Assembly: GCA_040954595.2 (NCBI GenBank)
Contig: CM082580.2
Location: 10,208,390 to 10,272,389 of the forward strand
Source of the DNA: Balanoglossus misakiensis
Taxonomy: Eukaryota > Animalia > Hemichordata
DNA: 64,000 nucleotides
Reading direction: 5' to 3'
Part shown: one piece after another, positions 49,726 through 63,911 of the stretch
Numbering within the stretch: position 1 is the stretch's first letter
How the letters are laid out: the number at the start of each line of letters is the position of its first letter
Position numbers and translations under genes: made by a program
Notes under the pieces: generated by a model
Told to the model about the DNA's origin: nothing
Databases searched by the model: none
Seen by the model: the letters and a program-made list of their open reading frames with translations, nothing else

Positions 49726-52700
49726 CGGGTTACATTACAGGTTCATTACAGGTTCACAGGAGTGTACTGGACGACAACCTTACCTGAAGCCTACTAGAAA
49801 CGCCGCTGTCAGCAGCTTCACTGCCATCTAAGGTGCTGGCTGCACCAGTGACTGGAGAACCTTCTTGTCCCACTCCGTCCTGTCGAGTTCTCAGGTGACT
49901 CAACAACTCAGAGTCTAGTCTCTCTGTGTTCTCCAATTCCTGCTGCAGTCTCCTTCCAAGCTCTGACAATGGAGATGTAAACACAGAGAAGTTATTGCAG
50001 TAGTTGGGAAAATGATTGTTTGATTTGTCATTTTTTTAAAACTCTACATGTCTGTATGATTACATTTAAGCATATAAGTCATAAAGTAAAAGCTGAAGTA
50101 CCTCTGACACTGGCAGTGGGACTGGACGATGACATCTGTTCGATCTGTTTGTGATACTCGTCTTGCAACCTCTGCATCTCCAGCCTGTGTTGTTGGATCA
50201 GCTCTCTCCTGGTCTTACTCAGGGCGACTTCCAGGTCTTTCTTGTAGGCGTCGCGTTGGTCCCTCAGCTCGTGTTCGTGTTTGATCTTCAGCGATTCCAG
50301 TTCGATTTCGTAGTCTCTCTCCAGCTTGTCCGACATCTCTCTGATGTGTTGCTGGTGTTGTTCTGTCAGCTTGGCTCTCACTTCACACAGAGCCTTGGGG
50401 GGAAAAGCAAAGAATAGACTCAAACACATCAGTAGGGGTTCTCAGAGATATTTTCATGTGAGGTTGGGAAAAAAATGTCCTTTGTGCAATTTCAGTACAG
50501 GGGTAAAATTGTTATCTCTTTGGCTTGGGGAGGTTATCAGTCATGTTGAGATCAGTAAAAATTCTCAATACAAGGTTTTTTATTTCCTTTCTATTGATGG
50601 GCAGGAAGTAACAAAACTGTCATGATTTCAATTTGACTTATAACTCCTTAACTGCAGACTCAAATGCAGAAACAGCTCAAAAGAAATCATGCAGATTCAA
50701 CCTACTTGTTCCAGATCTCTGGCTGATGTGGGAGACGCAGACTTGACCGCCGACAACCTCTGCAAGTACTGGTGCTCCAGGTCGCTCCTCGCTCTCCTCA
50801 GTTCCTCTTCCTGGGTTTTCTGTAGGACGGCGATTTCCTCGGCGTGCGACACCTTCATCCTCTCCACGTTTTCGTTGAAGTCCGATGTGGACCTCTGCGC
50901 GTTGTTCAGCTCCTGCTGCTTCTTGAAAATGGTGTCCTGCATGTTGTCCACCTGCACTTGCAGTCTGGCGATTTGCGTTTCTTTGTCCTGGGGGTTAGGA
51001 CACAAGTGGTGAAAGGTCATTCTAACGAACAGTCAAGGCCTATTATGAAAAACCGACAGAGGGGCATGTATTCCCATCATTACCTGTATGGCTGCTTCCA
51101 ATTGGTCAATCTGGATGTTCTTTTCATCATCGGCACTCCCCCTGCTGTCTGATCGTGTTCTCAGAGTGGCCAGTTCATCTTCCAGTTGCTCCACCTCCTG
51201 CTCCCGTTCAGAGAGTAACTGTCGCAGAGATTCAACCTCTGTCTCCAGTTGTTGCTGTTGGTGATAGAAGTCCACTGTTACAGTGATGAACACAAGCAAA
51301 ATCACGAAATAAAACGGGTAATATCACAAAAACAGTATGCGTATCATTATGATGATGAAGTGACAAACATTCTTGCATGCACACTGATTGCAGTACAACA
51401 AATGCTATGAAGATTTACTTTGACTTCTTGCAAGTGAGTTCTGGTGATGAGCAGCGTCTCCTGCACAACTGGGTGGGTGAGTGGATCTTTGTTCTTCTCG
51501 TTCTCTAGTTGCAACTTCAGGTTGGACACCTCCTCTTGTCTCTCATCCAGCATGGCTTCGTGGTCTGTACGCAGTTGATCCTGGGTGGACAAGACAAATA
51601 TCTTCGTTATTTGCCATTTCTCTCTGTTTGAATTGTTACAGACACCTAACACACATATACTTCTGGTATTTGTCTATCTTATACTGTCTGTCTATTTCAC
51701 CTCTCGTGTCTTAACCCCCGGGACAAAGAAATACTATCAAACTTACCAATTCCTCAGCCAGTGACTGCACATCAATGCTCGCCTCAGTTTCCTTGTCTTC
51801 AAATTCCTGGTACAGTCGGTCTATCTCGTCGTGTGCTTTGGTCAGCTGCGACTTCAACTGATCGATCTCGATGTCCGTGCTCTCCCGCGCCGCTGCGCCT
51901 TCCTCCGTCGCTTGCAGTTGTTTCTGCGACACTTCCACGTCGGCCTGGAGCTCTTCGATTTGCTCCTGTGCCTTGGCCAGCTGCTCGTTGAGGTGGTCGA
52001 TCTCCAGGTTCTTCTCCTCCAGTAGATTCTGTGCAAAGCAGGAGATGGTGTCTTCATCAGCGGCTTGGCCAGCTTTCTGTGATAGCTGATCCTGCCAAAC
52101 AAACAAAAAACCAACAAGATTAAATATGACAAGCATTTACTAGGATGGTATCTTCAACGCCTTATGTTCTGTAATACAAATAACAGATTAAAACCTACAT
52201 AATATCTGTGTGTGTGCAAGTTCCTACATCCAACATCCTTTTACCATTTGTGTAGAAATTTTAGGACTTAATATGGGTAGGAATCATTGAAGAAATATAA
52301 TCTTTTGGTTTGCAGCGTTTTATGGAAATTGCTTTAACATTTATTTTTCAACATACAGTGCGGCCAGGAGACTAAACCATTGCTTGAAATATGCTGTATT
52401 CATGGTTTGCTGGTATGGTGTTCTCTTCTCAAGTTTCACTTCAATTTTGCAACGAGAATTTGCATCAAGGGCACCTGGGCCCCCATTTGCTTATATATGG
52501 GCTCATACTGATCAGTTTCCAACACAAATCCACTCCACTCCAGGAAGCCAAAAGCATCAAATATGTATCTATATATAGTTTAACAATTTGCAGTTTTGTC
52601 ATGATTGGAATAGGAGTATAAGCTGATGGAAAGCATTCCTTAGAAGCTGCAAACCAAAGCTGACAGCAATTGTCAAAAATAGAATATTTGATGAAATATG

Positions 52701-55700
52701 AAAATACAATTTTTCAAGCAACCTTACCACAAATTATTGATACGTCGCTATACGTTAATATATCATTTGTACGTTTTACATATGATACATGTACATACAC
52801 AAATTGCAATCATCTGAAGCACATGTAATTTAGACAAACCTTGGGAGGATGGCATAGCCCGAGGCAAAAATAGTACAATTTTTTCATGATTACTATTAAG
52901 ACAGAAGTAATTTCTGATGTGAGTAATTTCTGATGTGAGGCAGATAAAATTTTCTGCGAGTTGAATCAGTGTCATATAAATTTCTCTCAAGGAAGGAGGA
53001 CATTACACTTAAAACTTTTTTCAATCTGTCACTTGATATCTTTGAATGCGACAAATTTTAAACTGCAGCTTTCTTCCAAGTATTCTTGTACAATTGTGTG
53101 GATGCAATTAGATAAAAGGGTTGGCTGACGTCACCCAAACCAGGGAGCAATGTAGATTTTACTGCTGTTCTCATCTCTTTTGGTTGCCTGTCTTTTAGAC
53201 ATACAAATTGTATATTCCATGCGTGGCTTGCGTGTGTGCTGGACACAGCAAAGGGACATGCAAGCTACTGTACGGTACATGCAGCATCTCAAGAGTGTAT
53301 GGTTTCAAATCAGTGGTAATAATCATTTTATCCAGATTGCGGCACTTATGACACCTAATAGCAAAATCTAATTGACGAACGATGACGTCAACGTCACTGG
53401 TGTTATTGACGCAAGATTTCTCCTCCTTACTGATTTTGGCAGTAGTGAGAGTGCTTTTTTAATTGGGGAAAAATGTCACACTGAATCAAAATACCCACTG
53501 CATTATAACCATGGCAACCAAATTTCACAATTTTCATGCATTAAAAATGGGTGACTGATTTCCGTTGAGCGATCTATATGTCAAGTAAAACACTGTTAGA
53601 CATCTATCATTCTCACTATGATATCCATATCCAAACACAGCATGAGATAAACTATTGTAAATCTAACAGAATCTAACAGATACACCTTTGGCAACAGTGG
53701 AATGTAATCGGTCTCCCACATTTATTATGTTGCCATTATTGTTATGACTCCTACATCTGACAGAGGTGAATAGCTTGTTCCAATATTACATGCATACATC
53801 TGTCAACACAGGAAGACCAATGCGATGAAAACATAAGTGGGTTGCAAATACGATTCAGTTAATTTGACAGCTTTATCCGAAAACTTTTGCCTACGTAGAT
53901 ATATATATATATATCAGCCCTACCTCAAACACAAAATGTTAGTGCAGATTTTTCCCTTTTTGAATTAACTTTCACTATCGCTTTCACTGAATATTTTCCG
54001 TCGCTTCCTTCACTTCCATGATGGTAGTTTGACCTTGAGGTACATTCCAGCGTGACTGGGGGTCAAAGGTCACATATCCATTTTTACTAGCCTAGGGACA
54101 CTTAAATAACACCTTCCGTGACTACCACTCTGCTAACACGACAATATGCAGTCACTTTTAAATATTAATATTAAACATTTATCAGGCAAAACAAATAATG
54201 AAATAATCATCTGTATAAACGATTAACTTTTTTTATTTCATTGGCGACATTTCATCAATGTGTGACAAAAACAAAACTACAGTGCATACCTCCAGTTGTT
54301 CCTTCATGGCTTCCTGTTCCTTGTGGTAGACTTCCAGCTGCATGTTCAATCCCTGGATTTCCTCTTCTTTATCCAGCACCTCCTCCCGGAATTGTTCCAG
54401 CTGCTCCACCAGATTCTCAATCTGGAATACACAGGAAAAAATGCAATCAGGATACATGTATGTGGCAATTATGTTGTATCAGAATGTTGCTGAGGCAACC
54501 AAGCAAAATTATGCACACAAACACTACGAGAGAGTACACAAACCTTGGATGTGTCTTCTCGTCTGTCGAAGTACTGCAGAAGCTCCCACATTTTGTTTTA
54601 CCGACTGCTGTTAGATTTTTATCACACTGTGTACATGTGTGTTTTGGAATAAGTGATAAGATCTGAGTGTGATATCAGAGACTGACATTCACACTGCTGA
54701 TCAGAAGCTTTTTGTGATATCAACTGTATTGTGTTTTTCAGTCAAGCAGTATGATGCATATAAAACAGCCCACCTCTTTGTCTTTTCTGTCGATGGCATC
54801 TTGTTCTTGTTCCAACTGCTGGGCCAATGATGGAACGACTTTATCGTCGCCATTGACGGCGGGTTTAGCCGTGGGATCGCCGTCCGTGTCCACGCTGTGT
54901 TTGCGCGAGTCTAATTTCGACTGCAACGCCGAGAGCTGCAGCAGGTTGTCGTAGAGCTGTTGCTGCAACGCCTCCTTCTCCTGCGCCAGCTCCTCGTTCG
55001 CCTGCTGCTGTTTCTTCATCTCGTTTTCCAGATCCGACTTCTTGACTTCCGTCTCCTGCTCCGTCCTCGTCTTCTCCTCCAGCTGGTTCTCCAGCTCCTT
55101 CAGCTGCTCCCTCAGCTGTGTTTCCAGCGCCACTTTGGCCTGGAGGTCCTTCTCCAGCTGGTCTCTCTCGGCCACCGTCTCGTTGTGGGCGTTGATCTTA
55201 TCCTTCAGTTCCTGCGTCAGGTCCTGGACCTTTGTGAGCAATTTACAGATGATGCACATGTTTTCGGCGAGATTTGTTATCAAGAACCAAAAATTCACAT
55301 AGTTATCACATTGTCTTCTTCAGAAACTGAAATCTCAGCCCTGTCAGTGAGCTAACTGATAAACATTGAACTCAATCCAACCCCGCATAAATTCACATCA
55401 CCTTCCCGCAGGTAACGACACAAATGTTTCTAAGCACTTAAGCATGTCGGAACCCATTTGACTGGGGCATGTATTTTGTTTGCCCCATTTGTCCAATGAT
55501 GTTAATAGGGGACACTGAATGAATAACAAGAGACTCACACAGACATACACACAGGCAATCAGGATTTGCCCTGACATACAATACTATTCTGACCACTGTC
55601 AAACAGTTACGTAACAACCCATAGACCCCAGTTCACATAACAAAACCCTACACGAGACACAATACCCAGGTAGAAGCAGGTATTGCAAGCAGACAATGCA

Positions 55701-58700
55701 GCTAACGGGTGTCATAGGACTACAATTCTCTGCAATCCACCTATCAGCACAAGATAGTTCCCACAACAATAAAATTCACACCTGACTGTATATGTCAATG
55801 AAGGAAGAACACCAAGTATAGTCTACTCAGGCCTTCTGGATTGCTGCCAAATTTCAGCTGGAGTGTCTCAAAAATCTATTCCACGGAAACACAACTTTTG
55901 GCGAAATTGACTTTATTGAACTGGTCCCCCATGTCACAAGAGTTGACAAGGCTAAATTCTCACATACCTCTTTGACCAGTCTCTCGTCGCCTCTCAAACC
56001 ACCTTTACTCTTCAGTTCTTGTTGCAGTCGGTGGATCTCTTTCTGGAAATCATCTCTTTCTAGTTCTCTTTCAGTGGCTTGTTGCTACGGTGTTAAAAAT
56101 ACAACCAAAGATGATCGAGGGAAGAGACAGATGACACTACCCCAAAGTAGCTACAGCCACTCCAGTACTCCAGCAAGAGTTTCTCTGGAAAGTCTTGCAA
56201 CTTCTCATGTAAACTTTGGCAAAATCATTATATATATATCTCAAGATGAATATTCAAACTTGTCCCTGGCCCAAGAATGAGCAGAAGGTTTCACTTTGAT
56301 GAGCACACTATAGTCACCCTCAAACAGACCTCTATTAAAATCGACTCTGCAAAACACCCACCTCTAAGAACTGCTTGTTTGATTTGAGCTGCTTGTCCAT
56401 CACTTCAAACTGCTTCTCGTAGTCTTCGATCTCGTTCCTCCTCTGTTTCTCCAGCTCGTCGTACTTCTTGCTCTGCTCCTCCATGCCGGCATCCAGGTGC
56501 TTCAGCTGTAATTCCAGCCCTTCCCGCTCCATCTGGAATTGGTTTTCCAGGTCCTTCTTCTCCTGCACCAGTCGACTGTTCTCCTCGAGGAGTCCCACTA
56601 CAGATGTGAATTCAAACATGTATTTTTACAAAAGTACATGTATTCATCATGTTAATTTTGGGATGACACAACTACAGACAGGCAAAGCAGTTCCCGCAAA
56701 GAAGAGAGAGATGTAACCCATTTGACCAAAATCCAATTGTTTTCTATGGTAAAGTTGGATTTCTATAGATAAGGCTGGGAATGAGAGAGTCAATGCCAAA
56801 AAAATGCATCAACAGTTAAACCCAAGTCATAGACATGAAAGAAGTTAGAAAGATAGGATATTCTGCTGATGGTTTGGGGTTGGGTTGGGTGGGGTAACTT
56901 GGGGGAGGGGGCGGTTGCTGTAGACTACATTATGCTGGTACTCATTACTCATAAAATTATAGTCTTTATGTCTATGTGAATCTCGATCACACAATATCAA
57001 CATGGATAATGTTGTGTTAGTGAGATGATAAACCTGTGATATTACCAACATCGTCAAATCCCACTCGGAATAAAATATGTCAATGGTTTTTATGTCTCCC
57101 TAGCAAACAAGTGTGAAGATCTCCTTTGATCCCAAGGAATTGATTACTGACTTCAAAAATCATGAATACATGTACTATGGCCTAGCACCAGTGTCATGTA
57201 CAGTATCTCCAAAACCCACTTTCCTGAGATAAGCAACGCTAGATGTTACACTATATGAGATCTCCAGCTTCATTCTTGAAACATCGCACTTGTGCTTGAA
57301 GCTTTTGCAGTATCCGGGCTACGGGGCAACAGTGACTAACATGCACAGGAAATAGGCACTTGTTTTTTCCAATCTATGCGGACCAGCCGGCTGTCTTTTT
57401 TAAGTAGCAGAAAACCAGGCAGATGAGCAGATGCACCAAAGGTCACCCAAAGAATGCACCAAGAAAGCTTTTTTATTTTTATTTATTGATATAGTCGAGG
57501 TACAATGATGATGATGGTGAAACCGTTGAACTTAAACTGACCTTTCACATCGATATTGACAAGCAGGGCCATGTCATCAACTGGATTGTACCAATTCCAA
57601 ATCAGGGGGGAAAGCATGAGGAGGAGGAGGGGGCAATATGTGTAAAATCAATGTGGAAAGCTTCTCAAGAGGAATTTTGAATCTGTCAAGGCAGCTAGTC
57701 ACTTCCGGACATCTTTGGCTTTTAAAAGGATGTATTGAAACTTAAAGAGAGTCTTATAGCCGTGAGCTCTGGCTGACAACAGTATTTACCACAATCACAT
57801 GAATTCCCAACAAGGTCTTGATAAGAAAGTGTGACGCAAAGCAATGTCATTAACCATGGAAATTCTCCAACAGTAAAGAAAACCTATGAGATCAGTTATT
57901 TTTTGGTTCCAAAGTTGTGATGGTTCAACACAACAGAGAAAATGTATCTGAAAAGTCTGATGTCAGTTCACCAGCAATTATGAAATGAAAGAATGAAATG
58001 GCATCTGTCTCCTATGTACCACAAAATCCCCACCAATTCATAGGAGTCACAGCAAGAGTAACAATACAATGATGTTTCACACACCCCCTTTACTAATAAA
58101 CATGAATTAGACCATGCCTTGAAAAGAATTCGACTGGTTCTGTTATGCAAAATTCGCACAGTGACTTTTAATTCTCTTCATGTTCTTGAGCAGAGTAAAT
58201 AACCCAAATCAAATTTCTGTCAAGAATGAAAGTTATCACCTCTCTTAACTATGGGATGTCGTGATGCAGATATAGAGCAAAGCAAAAGCATGCAAACTAT
58301 CACGATGACAGTGACATGCAGTTTGAAAGAAGAATAAGGGTGCAGAAAAATTCAGGATGATGGTTTGCAAAAGCTGCTGAAGCTTTTTAAGAGGTTATAC
58401 TTTACCAGATATATCTCATACATGTACATGTATTTTGGGGGATAATTTTGGGTGCATTTACGCTGCATTTGTTATGGATATAAATCATTAATTATACTAC
58501 CAGCAAGTCTACACACAACTCGCATATTTTATGCCGTTCTCTTCAGTATTTATAAACTATGCATACAATGTACACAGACAAGATCTGATCATCAAAACTT
58601 GGGGGGAGGGGGTAGGCATGTAAAACTAACTCAGCTACTCACCCAGTTCTTGGGTATCAATGGTCTCTGCAAGAGCCATCTTGTGCTGTTCCAATTGTTC

Positions 58701-61700
58701 TTGCTCCTCCCTGAGTTGTTGCTGGGCTTGTTCGAGTTGGTGGAGTCTGGTCGAGGTCACCTCAAGTTGTTCCACCAATTCTTGCTCATTCTGTTCTTTC
58801 TCCTGCAGACGTTCTTCCAGGGATTTCCTCTCTTCCGTGTAACCCTTTATTAATCCTGAGAAGGAAAACGGCCAGAAATTTCAATTGATAAAATCCAGGG
58901 TTTTATTATAAACATGAATTCCCACGTATCAAGGATGTATCTTAAATTTTACCATAAATTCCACTTTTTTGTTCCAACACAAACAATGCCAGTTTCAATT
59001 CAAATATACCAGGCAAAGTAGTAGGTTTTTCCCGCACACTAAAAACACAAGAACAATTTGGAATATATGGCATATAACATGGCCATCAGGACATCCAACC
59101 AGCCCTTCCCCTGCAATCAAAGAAATACACAGCAATATCTATCACATAGTGCGCAGGAAGTCGACCGGGGAATAAAATATTGTCATATGATACTGAAATC
59201 ATCAAATGGGATATGCAACCCTTATAAACCACAGATGAGACAGATAACTGCCAATCTAGGAGCACTCAGAGAAACCGATGACAGCCCTGATTGTTGTTAT
59301 GCAATCCCATTATCATACAAACCACTGGATTAGTTGACATTTGGACTCAAGTCGTACTATCACCTACCAACAGCCAATAAACAACCCTGTTACATTATGG
59401 GCTTTTTCGTGCAAGCTGCTAATGAACAGATTACACAAGTGCACAATTTATAGTCGATGCATTGACAAGTATTACTGTTCAGTGTTTCAGCTTTTAAATA
59501 TGATTTGCTGTTGTCCAGAAAAAGCAAACTCACACTCACCATTTTTGTAATAAAACTGACACCAGCCCGAAAATGACGCACACTCGCATCATAATGAATA
59601 TCATTAGACGAGCACAGGAGTTACTTCTAAAATCAATTAGGATTGAATTTTTAACAGATTAAGCTGGAGGGTCAGCAACATCTGCTGCACTAAAATTTCA
59701 ATATGTGTTTATCACAGCGACATCACACTGGTGCATTTTGACGAAATAGTGAAGATTACAATAATTATTATAAAATTTTATTTTGCAACAGCACAAAGAA
59801 CTCACTCTGGTCGGAGGGCTGCACCGCTCGTTTCTTCTTCGACTTCTTAATCGGGCGGGGAATCAAAGACGCAAACATATTCGCTGGGAAAAAAGTCCCG
59901 ATAAGACGCTCACAGACTCCCTGAAATGTTTCTTGTCCGGTCTACATGTATCTATCCTTCCCTGAGTGATTCCGTGCATGAACTGCCCACAACTCTTTCA
60001 GTAGCTACAGAGAGACTTGGATTAGATGACGTGTTGGTGCATGAAACTCCGCTCTCTGGATCCCCTTTTATGGGCAGCTAATACCCACCGACTTACAGGT
60101 GGAGAATTATTAAACATTTCTGCAGATGCCAACATTTGCCATGGTGACGACATCTCTTCTCTACGACAGACAGACAACCCTTCTTGGCCGATTTTAGCTT
60201 CCGCACCTAGGCCTCAATCAATACGAGTCTTCAGCACAGAAAAAAACATCTGACAAAAAATTGACATTCTTCTCAAAAAAAGGATAAAACCTCTGGATGA
60301 ATTTTTACCGAAATCATCGTTGCTCAAAATTGTTGCTTTACTGACATGAATAATATATTGTATTCTATTGTAACTTTTTTGTAGGCTGTATTATTTCTGA
60401 AATGTGTTGAGCTACTCGGAATTTTTTTCTCTGTCTCTCTACTACAATCCTGCCTGTCAACACATTAAAATCAGAAATTCTAAAATTTTCACCATCTCTA
60501 CATTTTGTAACTGAACCTTTGGGGCTTTCCATATTTTCTCCCACACAAGAGTGCCAAATAATGTATTTTTTTTAAAAAGCAGATATCTTTTTTTCACTGA
60601 CTTTCAAAACAGGTATTGTAATTACAAGATACACTGCAGCCTGAGAGTAACTTGCACATCTAGCGAGACTAAATTTCCAATAAAGAAGAAAACTGACGAT
60701 GAACGACAATGCAACTTGGCATGCTTGTTTTCGAATAAAACAATGCCTGTAAAAACTGATATTAAATCTTCTCTGCTGACGTTTTACGAGCAGATCCCTT
60801 CTAGCATGCGAGCGAATTTATTACACTCTTTAAAACAACAACACAGCATCGATATTTCCAGAAAATCTATACATGCATCCATTTTTTTTCAACCTTAAAA
60901 GGCTTGTGTCCCAACATATGGTTATTTGCCCAGAATATGTCACCTGGTCTGTTAACATAATTCTAACAGTGCATTTTCATGTGCTTTCCACCCACAACAC
61001 ACAATATAATAATTTTTTTTGCATGTTCATATATTTGGCCTGGAGCTAAGCTAATAGATTTGCAACCTACCCGCCCACACACTACAGCGTTATGTTTAAT
61101 GTACATACCTCCACAACACTGCGATATCGGCATTTAGAATTCTTTTAAAACTAACCATTTCAATATTGAGCTATGCTCATCACGCGATTCACATTATTTC
61201 ATCCCTGCAAACGCGTTGACAGAATTTTTCCCACTTGAATCCGTGCACATGTCCGTTTTGAAGCATGTTCGCATTCTTACAGGTCAATATGTTCACACAT
61301 CAATCCACAGCGCATCACTGAAAACACTGCACATCAATTTTTTTTTGCAACGAACATTTCTGATAGCATAGAAATTATTTCCTCCTTTATCCTGTCAGAC
61401 TTACCTTGCGAGGAAGAGATCAGGGTGAGAGAGAGAGAAAAGGAGTTGCTACTATCTGGGTTCATGAGAATCTGGATGGCAGCGCACACGCACACTCACA
61501 CAGCCTGCTTGCTATATCCCCAGACTAGATCAATTCCCGAATCAGTAAGGAAACACTGATGACGCAAAAACAGACCTAAATTGGTTCTCTCTATTGATCA
61601 GCCTCCATATATCATCAGGGAACGCTTTTTACGAACACACTGGCGTAATTCCTCCCAGGGACTTCTTGCATTTGTTTGTTTTTTTTCAGGGCGGAGGGAA

Positions 61701-63911
61701 AAGCAAAGGAAGAAGACAACGGGATTTCCCGCATTGTTTGTCGCGCAGAATCCAATTTCTCTGCCCAATTGATTCAAAGAGAGAATATATGATTTGGTAG
61801 GCATTTTACATTGATTGGAACTTCAAGTGTTCAGGGCGGCGAGGGAGGGGACGTTCCATTGCAATAAATGGGGGGTTGCAGAGTATATTTAAGCGAGGAG
61901 CACTTAAAAAATAAGGCCCCACCAGGACGTTTGTACAGCCTCACTGATTAAACAGGTGCCGCACATGTACACTTACTTAGAAGAGATCACATCGAGTGAT
62001 AAATTACCCATTCAGCATTTTACAATCACTTGCACATTTTCTTATTCTCCCTGTTTTCAAAATAGTTGAGCCCACCAAAAAAGAGGGCAACAATCATCTC
62101 TAATCATCGTCACTGTTATTGATATGCAAATGAGGGCAGCTGGAGCTTGTATTCCCAGCGGAAAATTGCAAACGTTCTCGGCTTTTCACACTGCTCTCGG
62201 TACAAAAATCAAATGAAGCTGTCATCAATGGCCTTTTTTCTCTTTCGGCACTGAGAACCATGATTACATTTCGGAACTTTTTAAATGCATCTCTCTGATG
62301 ACTATAACTCCCTTTGTGCAAGCGGTGTTTATCTTACTTAGACAATTTTTTTGACCGGATGGGTGGTACTGGAAGGACTTTTTCTGTTTCTTGGTATTCA
62401 CAAAATCTTGCAAAGCTGGAAGTAAATGTTTTCCATGACACAACACTAGGATGGCCTCGCCATACTCCACTATGAGTCTCATAGCTAGCACAGGAACTGC
62501 AACTCACAAGACTTTATCTCCTGAAACCTCACAACAAACCGACGTCCACAATTCTGGAAATAAATCTGCTCAAAATTCCGGGAATTATTTTCTCCTTCGA
62601 TTCATTGTCACCGAGGTCAGAGACACAATTCCAAGATGTCACTTAAACAATCAGTACCTCATACGTGTGTGCAGAACATGATATCACCATGGTTACCGTA
62701 CATTATTTTTGCTTCAAATATCACTGGATACAGATGCATGACTTTATAGTGCAGCTGATTATCTGGGATGCAAACCCACTGGCTATCATCACATGATTTC
62801 TAAAACGTGCACATCATTTCTCCCCTCCCTTATCTATTGTCAAAGACTCACCATCAGTTTGATGTGCTTCTAACTCCAGTCGTTCCCTGTCCCTCACTTG
62901 CTCCCTCAGTCTCTCCACCAGTTCCTCGTGCACTGCCCTCAGATCATTCAGCTCATCCTGGCTGTCCGACGCCGAAACCAGCAGTTCCTGTTGAGTGCCC
63001 TGTGCTATCTGCAGCTGTGTGTCAAAGAATGAGATGGAAAAAAAAGTGAGGGGAAAATAGGTACACTAAACTTCAAGAATCATTCTGGGGGAAATACTGC
63101 ATATCTATGTGTGATAGTTACACCCTGGAAAAGACTAAAAAACAGATTTTTGAAATCATAGTTAACCATATACCTTATATGTCAGTGATATCGTATTGCA
63201 ACTGGCAGTACCTTCTACCATCTGCATCTCTGCTACGGTTTATTTTTGATTAAAAAATACTGGCACGATCTTAATTTAATGGTTATGTTCAAAGGGATAT
63301 AATTATTCAAATAACAATTCAAATATCATTATTAAATGACCCTCACAACTCGCAAAATACGATGCAACGTGTAATTTAATAAGTTATATAATCTGTCTTG
63401 GTGGGGATAATTACTCTAAGTACTAACATTCATTCAGGTTGTTTGTCTTTTTCTGATACCTGACTCTGAAAAAAAATCTCAACTAACCTGTTGAGTGGTA
63501 GCTGCCATCATCTCTAGTAACTGCTCCACTGCTGACTGCAGACGTGTTCCGGCACCTGAAATTATGTCACAAAAAATGACAGGAAATCATTATTATCAAA
63601 ATAAATATGCTGGATATATGTGCATGTGTGGTGTGAATGAATATCATTTTCAGTCTTGCAACTACATACAAGACGTCTTGAAGATTCCAAAAACAGCATC
63701 AACCTACCTAAAACCAGCTCCTCTCCTTCTGGGTCAAGATCAGGACCGGTGAACATACTCTCGGTGAGCTGCGACAGTTCCAGACCTTCGTCGGTGATGG
63801 AGGCCAAGCTGGTGTCATGGATTGTGTCAGAATCGGAACCCGGCTTCTCCTGGGAGTCTGCAGCACCCCCACCACTGGTTGTACCACCACTTGCATCATC
63901 AGATGTACCAC
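40535..63911 (-). CDS. AKAP9/pericentrin-family giant coiled-coil centrosomal scaffold with C-terminal PACT domain; 5' part lies beyond the window
   Basis: About 30 minus-strand coiled-coil exons (e.g. 63709-63911, 62852-63014, 58643-58855, 54773-55230, 51747-52091, 50707-50987, 44962-45247). PACT exon 41617-41855 LYGKYLRAESFRKALVYQKKYLLLLLGGF...FTRFRSAVRVVIALSR. AKAP9-like blocks RLQSAVEQLLEMM, GLIKGYTEER, ERELERDDFQKEI, LLEEKNLEIDHLNEQL. Last exon 40535-40581. Confidence 0.93.
40911..40974. repeat. Direct tandem repeat, 2 x 32 bp, intronic
   Basis: AGACAATGCATCTTTAAAGGCCAAAATTCCAC occurs twice in a row. Confidence 0.9.
49621..49725. repeat. (CAT/CGT)n trinucleotide microsatellite in an AKAP9/PCNT intron
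   Basis: Run of cat/cgt triplets; it explains the poly-I and poly-S ORFs on the plus strand. Confidence 0.95.
59806..59878 (-). CDS. Candidate alternative first coding exon of the AKAP9/PCNT gene (MFASLIPRPIKKSKKKRAVQPSDQ)
   Basis: ATG at 59878, strong gtgagt donor at 59805, phase 1, in frame with exon 58643-58855 (...DQ-R-LIKGYTEER). No transcript evidence. Confidence 0.45.

Noticed and set aside
49545-49797. Poly-Ile and poly-Ser ORFs
   Set aside because: Translations of an intronic (CAT)n microsatellite.
42037-58853. Many plus-strand Ser/Leu/Cys-rich ORFs (e.g. 44470, 50689, 54960, 58452)
   Set aside because: Antisense shadows of Glu/Gln/Lys-rich coiled-coil exons of the minus-strand gene.
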